From Dicyema japonicum (taxonomy: Eukaryota > Animalia > Dicyemida): a stretch of DNA of 64,000 bases. The stretch spans positions 246,028 through 310,027 of the forward strand of contig RDEW01000019.1 in the NCBI GenBank assembly GCA_011109175.1. The letters run 5' to 3'. Shown piece after piece: positions 12,792-26,780 of this stretch; position 1 is the stretch's first letter, and every line of letters starts with the position of its first letter. Position numbers and translations under genes: made by a program. The notes below the pieces were generated by a model. It was not told the DNA's origin. It saw only the letters and a program-made list of their open reading frames with translations, and ran no database searches.

Positions 12792-15036
12792 CAGTATAAC
12801 CTCCATTTGGGGCATCCATTTCGAAAAATTGCCCAAAAACAGAGGTTTCACCAAAAATGGAGGTCCGACATTTTCTTCATTTTTATCAAAACCATAACAG
12901 TTTGAACATATTTTTCATTAATTTTATTGATAGCTAATGTACTTTTTTAAAACAGAATTTTTTTTTAATTCTATTACAAAGAAAAACTTCGTTGGAATGA
13001 GTCTTTTGTCCAAGCTTGTCGGAAATGGAACTGGTTTGGACTCAAAATCCCCGAAGACACAACAAAGTAATTGGGATAACATTGTCTGCTCCAAAATTTT
13101 GGAAGACCTTAAAAAAGAAGCAAATCAACATCGTCTGGCTTGCTGTCAGCTTCAAGTGAAGGAGTGGAGCATGGCTTGGTGCAATACCTCGGGACCTTTT
13201 TGGACGACGATTCTTTGAGGATTGGAATCGGACAAAGGCTGGGACTAGACGTTTGCCAGGAGCACCGATGCCAATGCGGAAAACAGTCGATGCGAAGAAA
13301 TTGTACCCGTTGTCCTGCAGAAGAAGCGCCGGAAGGGGACCACATCATGCTGCTCTGAACGATGTGATCGTCAGAGCTCTGAATGCTACAGGCTTCCCAG
13401 CACAACTTGAACCAGTGGGTCTTGATCGAGGAGATGGAAGAGACCTGACGGGATGACCCTTTTCCCTTCACGTCTGGAAGATCTTTGGTATCGGACGGAA
13501 CTTGTGTAGGCACGTTCTCAAGCACGAATATTTTCAAATCTGTTCAGACACCTGGATCAGCTGCTTCGATCGCGGAAATAAAAAATCAAGAAATATTCTT
13601 GCCTCGGGGACCGGTACCGATTTACTCCTGTTCGGTTGAGTCATCGGGAGCCGTTGGTCCATTGACGGCTGAGTTTTTGCGAGAACTCGGAGGAATGCTT
13701 GCCAGGAAGAAAAGGGATCAACGAGAAGGGTTATGGCTAAGACAAAAGATTGGAATGGCAATACTCCGAGAAAACTCGTTCGCAATCCACGCAGCAGACT
13801 TCCTCAACTGACATTTGTTTAATTGTTAAAAAAATCTATTACACGAAAATAATCTGTTATTTTGTTTCCTGTTGCAGATTTCTTCATACGTATGCCCAAT
13901 ATTATTCTAAAATTGTGAGTCTTTTAGCGCACCGGGAAACAAACGGTAAATATTCTCCTAAAGGTTATTCATTGCTGTTATTGTGTCTGTGTGAACAGTT
14001 GCATTCAGTTTGGTCATATAATGACTTATCTTCATTTTCAGTAATTACATCTGCATTTACGTGTCCAAATTTTTTTTCTCATTAATAACTAAAAAATTGA
14101 ATTAGGAATCAGTTTCCGACAGTTATTGTTTCTCAACAATCCGTTGTTGATTCAGGATTTAAATTTCGCCATGTTTTCCAACAATTATTATGGCATGCCA
14201 AAGATTTATTTTTTTAATTAAACATTTTAACTCAACGTCTTTAAAAAAAGAGTAAAATCCATTAAAGCGTTAAGATAATTAGAATTAAAAGATTTGATAA
14301 CACCCATGTCTAACAGTTGAATTAATGAGGTTGCAGTTTTTGGAAAAAAAATTCAATGTTGGAAAAGATGGATATTCCTGTGACAACTTGCGCTATCGAG
14401 GCAAAAAAACATACCAACGAACAAACGTCGAAAGAGTTTTTCTCTCCACTAATTGTCTTAAATGACAACTGATGTCCTTTCTTAAATTTTTCCAACCAGC
14501 CATTGGACCCTTCGAACGGTTACTTTATAAGCAATATTTTTAAAAAGAAGACTGGACACAAGAATAAATTCCTCCCTTGTCTTGGTAAAAGCCTCAAAAA
14601 CAATTTTAGAGAAAAAATATTAGGAGGGCATTGATTTTTTCAGGGAAAATATGTTTGAAAAATTCCAGTATTAAAAAATTAAGAATTTTTTTATGCGTGA
14701 TACAGCGCCTAAAAACTGAAATTACTAAACAACCTTTACTAATTTTGTAGTTATTACAACATCTCGTTCAGTAGGATGTTCATTTTCACTTATTTCCTTA
14801 GCAATTTTAATCCTTAACTCAAGAATGCAAAGATTACACGAGGCTTCAAAATAAAATTTTATATAATTAATATTAATAGCAAATATGTATATAAATTAAA
14901 AACCCAGTGCCCCACTTAGAGGTTCCGATAATTTCCAAATTTGGAAAATGCCGCATAAAAATTATGTCATTTTCAAACTACCCCAAAAATAGAGGTTCCC
15001 TAAGCCAGAGGTCTGCCCCAAATGGAGGTCATGCTG
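12792..15036 (-). mobile_element. pogo/Tigger DNA transposon, internally deleted, with intact TIRs and TA TSD; hosts a CRE insertion
   Basis: 23-bp TIRs CAGTATAACCTCCATTTGGGGCA / TGCCCCAAATGGAGGTCATGCTG (2 mismatches), both flanked by TA. Minus-strand FEGSNGWLEKFKKGHQLSFKTISGEK (CENP-B HTH) at ~14450-14525. Confidence 0.88.
12979..13834 (+). mobile_element. CRE-like non-LTR retrotransposon, 5'-truncated, with 9-bp TSD
   Basis: QQSNWD...LGTFLDDDSLRIGIGQRLGLDVCQEHRCQCG...LEPVGLDRGDG...LRQKIGMAILRENSFAIH; TCTATTACA at 12970-12978 and 13835-13843. Confidence 0.9.
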
Positions 15037-15054
15037 TATCTAGTTATTACGGGG

Positions 15055-15290
15055 TCGATAAATCATTGACAGGAGCAAAATTTTTTTCATAGGGGCGATG
15101 CAAAAAATATGCTGAGAAACAACCGCGGCCTGTTAATTTGACGCCATTGGCAAATATCCACTGCTTTTCTTTGGTTTTAACGACACGGTCACGCACGGTC
15201 AGCCTCAATTTCGTCAACTGTTGTGCGGGCTGCACTCCTGCTTGCAAAAGGACTCACTAGAGCACTCCTTTAAATCTCTCAAACACAAAT
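15055..15290 (-). pseudogene. Family D fragment
   Basis: EKQWIFANGVKLTGRG aligns with EKVWISVNGVKLKGRG at ~45630-45685. Confidence 0.55.
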
Positions 15291-15332
15291 TCACAAAATA
15301 AATAATATTTTCGTGAAAAATGTCAGAACTGC

Positions 15333-17262
<1,930 letters not shown>

Positions 17263-17434
17263 TTTTGTTGAATTTTTGCTGTTATCCACAAGAACTCGTT
17301 TGAATTTTTAAATTTATTATATAATTTTATAATGTATCAAATGATTTACAATTTATTTCAATTTTAATGAAAATTCTGTTTCAATTTATCATAAAATCGA
17401 TGAGTTATTTTTATCATTTTCCCTGTTTATAAAC

Positions 17435-17648
17435 TCGTCAGTCTTCTGGCTGAATGTAACGTCTGATGCCATCGGATCTGAATGTCGTGGGTTCGAATCC
17501 GAAAGATGGAGTTTCCAGCGACGGTCAATTCTTGTCAAACAGATCCCACCCGTGGGGCGACGAGTCCTTCTGGACACAGTGGTTGAAAGGGATCTTCCTA
17601 CCTCTCCCTGATCAAATCCTCTGATAAAGATTACATTATGAAAAACTA
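17435..17648 (+). mobile_element. tRNA-derived SINE family 1
   Basis: A-box-like TGGCTGAATG and B-box GGTTCGAATCC; second copy at 35099-35324 (-). Confidence 0.75.
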
Positions 17649-18224
17649 TTCCGCTAAAGAATGAAGTGATGCTTGCGACGGTAGGACGTGCGACGAAATG
17701 GAAGATGGTGGACCTACTTCTCCTCTCTTCGGATGCGGAAGTTTGTAATGTACTATTAGAGAATGGATTTGATGAACAAGCAGACATTCCCCAATTGTTT
17801 TCTCTCTTCATCATTTTTATTGATAAGTTATCCACAGACACAGTGAGGGGATACAACCAATCAATCGTGGTTAAGAAAACTTTTTGAGATACGGTCATAT
17901 AACATAGAGATTGGATTAAGGTCTCCAAAAATAAATTCATATCTACTTCCAACAAACTAGTGGACTGACATAGGAATTTAGACGAGAAATGACCTTTGCT
18001 TAAAAGCCAATCTCTCAAATTCAAACCCAAGACTGTCAGATTCGATGTTATCAGACATTACTTTTAGCCAAGAAGGCAGAACAATTGATTGAATGTCAAA
18101 ATGTGCTATACTTTATTTAAATTTTTAATTCTTTCATAAATAATAAATAAATTTTAAATTTAATAAAAAAATAATCTTTAAAACTAAATATTATTTAATT
18201 TTCGAGATGGCCTCGAGCCGCATC

Positions 18225-18490
18225 TATTAGCCATGTGGTGCTTCGTGGCTAATTGGTTGAAGTTTCTGTTTGATCGTCTGTTCCTCTTCTCTCTTCTTAT
18301 TAAAGTGGCGTTATGTGATCCACCTGTTTAGTCATGCGCCAAGTAAATGGCCGGCACGAAAAATGTGATTTGCTCTGCCCCACTCCATTAGAAAGGTTCC
18401 TACAACTGCAAGTATGGACGTCTTTTCCAATTTATGCTGATTATGGATGGACTCTGTTTCTGTGAAGTGGAAACTGGATACACTTATTAG
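18225..18490 (+). repeat. Unidentified multicopy Cys/Trp-rich coding-like family B/C
   Basis: MWCFVANWLKF...CDPP...YNCKYGRLFQFMLIMDGLCFC; related copies at 20795, 43365, 46500(-), 57700 and 57900. Confidence 0.7.
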
Positions 18491-19384
18491 TTGTTTACAA
18501 TAATTTCTTTCTCGGTGTATCCGGGGTTAATAAATAAGAAAATATGTCTAAGTAGGTTGATTACAACAACTCCACTAACTCCAATCATCATAGTACTACT
18601 TCAATGATGGTAATTTCTGTTATTTTAAAATTTTGTGAAATATAAGATTTATCGTTTCCTTGAATTATTTTTAGAATTTTGTCAAAGAGTGAACAAATTC
18701 TTTCTTCTAGCTTCTTCAATTTCAAAACACTCAGAATCTAAATTTACAATAATTCAAACAATTCCCAATGAAATCAAAATTCGAATCATTCCTATAAAAT
18801 TGAGCTTTTAATGATGAGAATTTACTGCGAAGTTTAGTATAAATATTTTACAGCCATAGTAATTACCAACATCCACACAATTGGGAAAATTATTATACCA
18901 TGACCCAATATTGCGGCTATTGTAGATAAAAGTAAATTCGGAAATATAATATTTATTTTGTTTTAATTTGAATATAAAAAAAATATTCCAAGGGAGTCTA
19001 GATTAGATGAAAAAAAAAAATTCTTAAAAGTAAAATTTGACATTCTTTAAAAGTAAAATATTTATAAACTATATTGTTCATCAATGTATTTATAGATTTC
19101 AATATTCTAACTTAATATAGCCATGAGTCGATTTACATGAATTAAATACCAAATAGGAGTATTCTGATCGTTAGATGGAGTTCAGTCATGATCGTTAGAT
19201 GGAGTTAGTATAAATTATATTCAAACCTCTTCCTGTCATATTATGGCACATTAATGGACAAGGCACATAAATGGACAGGTTGCATAAATTGCAAAGTAAA
19301 TTATAAAAATAAATATTATCCATTTGTAGAGATATATTTTATATATTTTATATAGCGTAGCCACTTTATTTAACCAACAATAAA

Positions 19385-20700
19385 AAGTTAACTGCTTCTG
19401 ATAACCCTTGTTGTACTTTGTTGCAATTCCTTCCCACGTCGTTTCCAACATATGAAGTGCTCTGCCCCTTTTGCATCCTCCAAGTGCTGATAACAAATCA
19501 CCAATTTCAATGTCATGAATTGGCACAACATTTCTCCACAATGCCGGAAGTGACCGATCTATGAGAAAGACCAACATCTTTTGCGTACTACTTAATAGCT
19601 GCAAACCTCCTACAAGTAAGTGAAGCTGGGGTTACTTAACTAACTAACCAACCTTTTTTGGCTGCCTGGAGATCCCTATCTACCCCTAACTGCATCTGAT
19701 AACCCTTGTTGACTTTGTTGCAATTCCTTCCCACGTCATTACTATTGGAATAACGTGTAAATTGAAACTGAAGAATCTGCCCCATCTCGTTTGCAAGCAA
19801 GTCATACTTTATCTTTCTCCACTTCCACAGTCTGCTAACGGTCTTGAGACGTAGTGTAAACTTCTATGATGAGGACTTCGCCAACTCCTTATTGTGTACA
19901 CAATGTCCGTTTATTGTGCTTGACTAGCACCGAGGTACAGATAAGACTGTCTCCCTTAATTTGGACCCTAGTGTCCTCAACTACAGATTGCACCTTTTGA
20001 GTCCGCAACTTTGTGGTGTGCCGAATACTATACTTATGGTATAGTAGAAAATGAAGAGTCCTACTACCTAATTATGATTCCACACATAGTCGTGGCAGAG
20101 CATGAATCCGCACCGAGTGGCTAAATTACCGACATGCTCGTTGATCTACTATGGGGGCATGTATTTATTGATCGACCCAAAAGATATTGTGGTCCTGCAT
20201 ATACTTGTACAGCGCCTCCGATAGAGGTGAATTGTCACAGTATTTTTGTCATATTGTCAACGAGTTAAGGTCGAGATGTTGGTTGTCCAATGCATGTAGA
20301 GGATCTTATCAGGGATTTTTAAGTTGATCTTTCCCATCAAATTTTATTTTGTGATTCGATCAACGTTTTCATATTTACTAGCTCACCATTATTAACACCA
20401 TACTTAGCAGACAAAAAAGGTCCGATGGTGGCAAAGTGGGTTGCCCGTAATTTCTCGGTCGTCATTATGGCGTGCTTTTTCGCAGACACGCTTGTCCCAG
20501 CTATCAGAGTGTCGTGCATTCGCATTAGGATACGTTCACTTATTTGGACTACTCCACACAATCCACGGCCGAATTTATATAGTCTCTGCTTATTGGCTGC
20601 CAGTACATGGACATAGTTCTCTCTGAGTACTCCACAGATCTAACATCTTTCTCATCATACTATGTAAGCTCAAACTCCACAACACCCATGTAGTAATTTA
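19385..20700 (-). mobile_element. Dong/R4-like RLE retrotransposon 3' half, decayed, with partial internal duplication
   Basis: SERILMRMHD...HFATIGPFLSAKYG, HLATRCGFML, IIEV and TWEGIATK motifs. actgc.tctgataacccttg...ttcccacgtc is repeated at ~19390 and ~19690. Confidence 0.8.
19550..19650 (+). repeat. ~100-bp dispersed repeat ending in (TAAC)n
   Basis: ctacttaatagctgc...gtga.gctggggttacttaactaactaa is shared with 61088-61180. Confidence 0.75.
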
Positions 20701-20794
20701 CCACAGAGACAGCATATTAATTTAATGCTAGGAACAATTTACTTGCATTTAGAGACGTCTTACATAATAACACTACTATTTTACGAATTCCTCA

Positions 20795-20935
20795 GGTGGC
20801 GCCCAGTGCCAAGCCGGCACGAAAAAGGATCATTTGCTCTCCCCCACTCCACTGTAGGGGTTTCCACAACTGCAAGTATGGACGTCTTTTACCCTTTATG
20901 TTGATTCCGGATGGACTCTGTTTCTGTGAAAGTCA
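20795..20935 (+). repeat. Family B/C partial copy
   Basis: PPLHCRGFHNCKYGRLLPFMLIPDGLCFC; nucleotide match to 18345-18470. Confidence 0.7.
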
Positions 20936-20964
20936 ATTTTAAATTGACACTAGCTTGATTTGCG

Positions 20965-21944
20965 GTGTATTTTTATTATTCAACCACGGAGCAAGAGACA
21001 CAAATAAAAAAAATTGGTCAATATAATTTTCAATATTTAAAATATGGTTTCATCGCATCTCCTAATGATGAAAGAGGACCTTTTTGTTTATTATGTTCAA
21101 AGTCATTTTCTAACGAGGCTATGAAGCCTTCTAGATTAAGTCAGCATTTACGAAGGGTTCTTATATTTTATTAAAATGTAGGTCCATCCAAATAATTCCA
21201 ACAAGCCGCTGACGGTTTTTCAAAAATTTCGGGGGGAAACAAAAAAATCAACGAAGCCTAAAAAAAGTATTATCCAGTAATAATAAACATAGTGATGATG
21301 GCGTTGTTGCATCACATAACATCGCTTTACTTATCGCCAAGTCGGGGAAACCGCACACAAGTGGGGAGGAACTGATAATACCACCAATTCATGAAGTACT
21401 GAAAACAGCTAATGCACCAACCTTCCCAGAATATTATTAAGTCGATTTCGCTTAGCAACAATACGATACAGAGACGTATCATTGATATGGCTTCCGATGT
21501 GGAAAACGATCTTTGTTTAATACTGAAAAATACGGAATTCAGTCTAAAATTAGATGAGTCAATACTTCCTGGAAATGACTCATTATTGCTTGTATATGTA
21601 CGTTTTGTCATGTATGGTCGAATTATGCAGGAATTACTTTTTGGTCGAAAGCTTGAAACTGATACAAAGGAGAAATCAATGTTCGACAAAGTCCATGAAT
21701 TTCTCTGTCTTAAAGATATACCATTACAAATATAGTTGCATGTGCAACTGATGGGGCACCTTCAATGATTGGTCGCTATCGCTGTTTTATGGCATACTTA
21801 AATCAACACGTACCAAATGTAGTGACTATTCAAAATAATTATTGAATTTTTTATTTCCAATTCGTTGCCATATAGGTTTTCCCGGTAGGCGATATTTTTT
21901 AAAAGTTTGCTAAAGGGGGACCTGAATAAGTTTGGGAACCCCTG
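20965..21944 (+). mobile_element. hAT (Buster/Charlie, ZBED8/SCAND3-like) transposon, deleted, containing a 25-nt intron
   Basis: QYLKYGF...PFCLLCSKSFSNEAMKPSRLSQHLRR|VHP, LIAKSGKPHTSGEELI, LSNNTIQRRIIDMASDVE, FSLKLDES, ATDGAPSM. Right TIR gtttgggaacccctg ends 21944, followed by CTCTAAAT (NNNTANNN-type site). Confidence 0.9.
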
Positions 21945-21954
21945 CTCTAAATGA

Positions 21955-22800
21955 AACTCAGACCCCCTCAAACGTGGCCGTGAGGACTACTTTGTTCTGG
22001 ACGCTCTGCGTTTTCCTGGTCGACCGAGGTCGACCCTTTTGTCCGTTCATGATAAAGACGGGAGACGCCTCAAGGACTGAAAAGACCTAGACAGGCTTTC
22101 TGTATGTGGAAAAAAGTCGTCAAATGTTGAAAAAGTTAACTAGTATAGTCCGACCTCGAATTGGGGCACCAAGTGCCTCAAAAAGCGAGGGTGCCCCACC
22201 TCCTGGGGTGTGCCCCAATTCGGGGTCGGACTGTAGTTTGATTTCTCTTCAGTTTTCACAAATCCTGCGATAAGCATATAATCTCCGATTTGTACTCAAC
22301 GTGCTGTTTCACTTCAGTAATGTTATTCATTATTGATCTCTTCGATCACACCATTATCCTTCCTCTTCGGAAAGGAGAACCATCCCTCGCACCCATAAAG
22401 TTGGGTAGGGAAAAGAACTCACTTGAAGATGAACAGGTAGGTGTCACGGCTAACGTGTGACTTTCGTGTACATCCTCCCCTTAAGCCGTCCATGTAATCT
22501 CCCGCGTGTCCATAGTCCAATTCCAAATAACGCAGACTGTGTGCATTGTCCACTTCCAGTGTGTATTCCTGTTTCAGGTGTTTTTTTCCCACGGCTTATT
22601 CGTAGTGCAAGATTTTTCAGCAGAGAGCTTTAACCCTCTCATGCTTCACTATTGCTCAATCCACATACTCCCGGATTCTTCCTTCATGTCCAAACACCTT
22701 CACAAAAGATTGTCTTCTTGAAGATAATTTCCTATCCAAACAAATAAGTATCTGGAACACATACTAATACAAGCTGCTTCAACAACGCTTAATGCCATAC
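21955..22800 (-). mobile_element. RTE-like LINE RT C-terminal fragment, interrupted by a MITE
   Basis: VLFPTQLYGCEGWFSF parallels IILPELLYGCEAWFFS at ~53000. Confidence 0.6.
22146..22233. mobile_element. 88-bp pogo-type MITE with TA TSD
   Basis: TAGTCCGACCTCGAATTGGGGCAC / GTGCCCCAATTCGGGGTCGGACTG 24-bp TIRs flanked by TA. Confidence 0.88.
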
Positions 22801-23063
22801 AGCGTAGTATATCCTTTAGTTTTTTATGTACACTGAAAATCACTCCTGTCAAGTGGGGTGACCTTCAATGCTAATTTCAAAACTTTCAACTTAATTAATT
22901 CTTAGGCACTAATACAAGATTTCAGAGATAGGGAACAATGGGAGACAGCCCACGTGGGTAAACAATCAAAACTGGATTTTTTTAAACTGGTTATTTAAAC
23001 AGTCTTCTTAAAAATGCAATAATAAAAAACTTATTTCAAGTTTCCTAAGCACTTTAAATCAAA

Positions 23064-23197
23064 ACTAGACACCTGTGCACGCTCTGCGTCGAGGTCCCTG
23101 AAGAGACTCAGAGTCGTTTGTCAAATAATCGAAGCTCCCGACAGGCCCTCCGCAGGAGCTAGACCATGTGCACACGGAGCGTGCATAGGTGTCTAGT
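23064..23197. mobile_element. ~134-bp MITE
   Basis: ACTAGACACCTGTGCACGCTCTG / CGGAGCGTGCATAGGTGTCTAGT inverted termini; TSD ambiguous (TA or CTAG). Confidence 0.8.
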
Positions 23198-23584
23198 TGT
23201 ATTCTAATTACCAACTACCATATTTACCGAGAAGAAGACGATTCTCAGCAAGACTTCATCAATGTCCTACGTTATCTACTTGGGCGATAATTCAAGACAT
23301 ATTGTAAAAAGTAAATCCTTGAAAAAGCGAAAGACGGAATTTTGGAAAGAACCTTGTCTTTTCAAGAACATCTATTAACTAAGTGGTTAATTAGTCGGGA
23401 GGTTGTGGTGGTGACATACTTCTATGTACGAAATGACTACTTCGTTTCATGCAGTATGAAACACTTTGTCTGCGTTTTCCAGTGAAGTGATTTACTCCTT
23501 AATTTATTAATGCATGTCATTCTCATGGTAAATGCAATTAAAATGTCAGTAAACAAGCTTAGTGTGAGTAATTTTGTACTGTTT

Positions 23585-23795
23585 TCTCTGGCAGAGTAAT
23601 AAATGTGGACCAAATCCAGATGGTTCCGGTTCGAATCTCGCTGCTGTCCATTTCGGTCGAATCTTCCTCAACTAACAAGAAGTTAAGAACACCTTCAGCG
23701 TCGTGGATTGCCTTGGACTAGTCCATAACTGTTCTTTAGTTCTTAAAGTGAGAGTTCTGCCTGAGCTCAGACTAGTAATGGAAGCATTACTACTC
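23585..23795 (+). mobile_element. tRNA-headed SINE family 2
   Basis: TGGCAGAGT A-box-like and GGTTCGAATC B-box; body and tail resemble 31441-31683 (-). Confidence 0.6.
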
Positions 23796-23820
23796 GTCGG
23801 CGAAAGGGGGCTGAATTATT

Positions 23821-24081
23821 ATGAAAATAAATGCCATAATCAATGTTGGCAACGACAACAAGAACATTTATAAGTCCAAATATTGATCCACCAGCATAAT
23901 TGATGTTGGCTACGCAAGCAATCAAGTTGGCTTCTTAGTGTATCCAGACGTCTCAAGCTCTCGCGGAAAGACAAAGACTTATCGCTCAATTACAGAAATT
24001 GCACATAACGTGTCGGCAATCAACTTGAAAATTAATATGCAATTTTCAGCTGATTTCAGATATTTCACCATTAAAATCTAA
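23821..24081 (+). CDS. Putative short gene or terminal exons, unknown product
   Basis: A 21-nt gtccaaat...ccaccag intron removes an in-frame TGA; ends TAA 24079-24081 followed by AATAAA. Confidence 0.3.
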
Positions 24082-24139
24082 CAATAAATGATATTTCAGA
24101 AATTTTTTAAAGAAAAAATAAAGACCGAGGAAACATAAA

Positions 24140-24330
24140 TTCACGATTTCACGAATTGAAGTTACTGATCTCCACGCAATTTTCTGGAAGAGCCACTATG
24201 TCGTTTAGGCTAGCCCTTGTGATCCTGCTTCGCTCATTTTATTCCACTGAGGTAGAGCACTCCAGACGTCTCCCTAGAGATCGTTTGAAAGGAGAATGTC
24301 ATTGTCGCTTAAAACCACAATTCACCAATT
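24140..24330 (+). repeat. Unidentified family E copy
   Basis: IFWKSHYVV aligns with NFWKSHLVILGSP at 28051-28350 (-). Confidence 0.55.
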
Positions 24331-24704
24331 TTTAACAAACTCTATTTTTTAAATCAAATGCAGGTTCTCTATAAGCCACTTGAGTCTGACCACCTAAAAC
24401 TCATCACAAACGAGAGTTAAATAATCCCCAGATTAGCATCAGGTAAATCCTTGAAAAAGCCACACTAATCGACCAGCAGCCCACAGTCAACAGCCAAGCA
24501 TTCCGAGTACTCCAGTAACAGCAACTGGATGAAGAATCCAATCATCTTAACCTTATGACCTTTTTCCAATATTATTAAGCATTGATTGCTTTGAATGACG
24601 TGAAGTAATATTACTTAATCAGTATTACTGGTTATTCAACAAGAAAAGGCAATGTTAAAAATAACACAAATTTAGGCGCTTTCTTGGGGAAATGAAATGA
24701 AAAA

Positions 24705-24770
24705 AATCCAAAGACCACGGTAACACCACTAATCCCGTGATCCCAACACGCTCCAAGAAAACTGATGTTA
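24705..24770 (-). mobile_element. Family A LINE tail, very short
   Basis: VFLERVGIT followed by ttagtggtgttaccgtggtctttgg 3'UTR. Confidence 0.6.
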
Positions 24771-24888
24771 TTGAATCTAATAATAAAATAAATATAATTA
24801 AATTAAAATTAATATTTTATTAATTTAAACATGGTTACCTTTCAGTAATTAAATATAAAATTAATTTTAGACAGAACATGATTAGCTT

Positions 24889-26405
24889 ATGGGAAAATCA
24901 CTAAAGAAGAAGTTGTATTAGTTTTTAGTTCTCGCTAGAAACTTGCCTGTCGACCTTTATGAGACATACTTGGAGAACGAGTCCCTAATAGCGAGTTACT
25001 TCTGTTCTATTCGGAGGGAAATCATGATTCAAGGGAAACTTTACATTACTCTAAACTGTGTTATTTTCTACGCCAAATTTTTCAAAAAAACGATTTCTGT
25101 TGTTTCTTTTTCACAATTTTAGATTGTCATCGACTTTAAGGACGTTCAGAATATCCTAAAGGAGAGGACAGCCTATCTCTTCCCCAATGCCATCGTTTTC
25201 TGCTGTTCCTCCAACATTAAGCACACATTTTACTCCTTCATGTGTCGCGACAAGGTGTTTGTTCTGCTGTACAATATTTACTCCAAAAATCTATACGTTT
25301 GTTCCTTCCTTTAAGACAGAGTCCCGATCAACTTCCTTCTGGCATGTCTAGTCCCCATTCTAGCACTGATGGTCCTTCAGAGTGTTCCCCTTCCAGTCTA
25401 AGAAATGAGGAGATTGTAATGACTTATGGATAATCTTTAGCCGATTACTGATGAAATTAACAACCTTTTTGACGTCTCCAATAGTTCTCGTATATCGTTT
25501 ACATAATTTAGTTCCTCCTGAGGAATCCGTTTCTTGCGAGGGACACTCACATCCGGGGAAGGAGTTGGTGTCCTCGGACTACTTTCTGAGCGCCCACAAA
25601 CTGTTCTCCCTTCTATTTATGAACTCTGACTTTATAAAACATCTTTTTGAAAAGATGAATGCTTACTGTAAGCGAGGGGGTGAGTTTAGTAATCTCTATT
25701 TCCCGTTGGGACTGTGAGGGGGACAGTAAACGACGGAAGGTGGAGTACTGTATGAAGACGAGTACGAGTTTTGGCCACATTGTTGCCCAGATCCATGAGG
25801 AGCAGGTCAGTGTGTATGAATAATTCAGATTTTGGAGCCTTCTACCAGATTGGGGGCGGTCTACATCATCAGGACAATCTCCCACACCAAGGGAGTTATG
25901 TACTCAGATTCTTTTCACACAGAGATGCTGTAGTTCCTCGTGGTTTATGTAGATACTGTATAACGAGCAATTGTCCGATTTCCTGTCATCTCAAAGTCCA
26001 CGCAAATCTAATTATGAAGCCGAATACGTTCATTCTGGCTCGTAAGCTCATAACAACCAACGGGATTGCTAAAATAACCGAGTATTGCCGACATATTTGT
26101 AGTATTTGTGGTAAATGGCAGCTGATGTAATCTCTGAGAATATTGGGGGCGAATCTGAGACTTTGACGAACAACTCTGATAGAATCTGCCAGGAGAAATT
26201 CATCGAAAATTATGGTAGCCTTATGACTCACTCAGGCTGGACAGATCTGTTTACCTCATTTGTGAATGATCGGATTGATTCTGTCTTCATTACGAATCTT
26301 CTATTAGGATTTATGTCAGCCTTGCGGTTATTTTTAGTTTTATCACTCTTGTGGGAATATTCATTAAGATTGACTGAATATATTTTAATAATATTTATAA
26401 ATTAG
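24889..26405 (+). CDS. GRAMD1: GRAMD1/Aster-like GRAM + VASt domain protein with C-terminal TM segment
   Basis: GRAM: ENESLIASYFCSIRREIMIQGKLYITLNCVIFY...KERTAYLFPNAI...SFMCRDK. VASt: EQILEPSTRLGAVYIIRTISHTKGVMYSDSFHTEMLYCITS. Introns 24915-24938, 25099-25122, 25806-25828, 25930-25952, 26099-26121. Both ends approximate. Confidence 0.85.
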
Positions 26406-26559
26406 TGCTATGGATTGATTTGGTTATAGTGCACTATTTACGCATTCTTGTTAGTAAGACTGCTTTATCAGTATCCACGAATGAGTGCAATTAACCTTAG
26501 CTTTTATGTTCTTACAGAAAATGGAACAATTTATTACAAAAAAGTGAGCAAATGGTCAA

Positions 26560-26780
26560 ATAGTGGCCGTCCTGACTGTGTGGCTATTCCCTCTTCGGAT
26601 GGCGAGTGAGATCCATCAAATAACCAACAACGCTCACGGGGATCTTGTAGTAATCTGATTCCCTAGAAGACTCAAGAATTCCAGGGTCGCAGACGTAAGG
26701 GAATTAGACATCTCAACTGCGGAGTGGAACAAACCCGCACTTTGCCCATTTGGAATTAATTTTTAAATTTTTGGTATTAT
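26560..26780 (-). pseudogene. Family D C-terminal fragment
   Basis: EEGIATQSGR vs EGIATQSDR at ~10600; ctgactg.gtggctattcc shared. Confidence 0.5.

Noticed and set aside
17389-18030. Longest ORF in the track (213 aa, minus strand)
   Set aside because: A third of it is the antisense of SINE family 1; no recognisable domain and no micro-introns.
23667-23681. 15-bp identity (cttcctcaactaaca) between SINE family 2 and the CRE 3' end
   Set aside because: Internal in the SINE and not conserved in the 31441 copy; probably chance.
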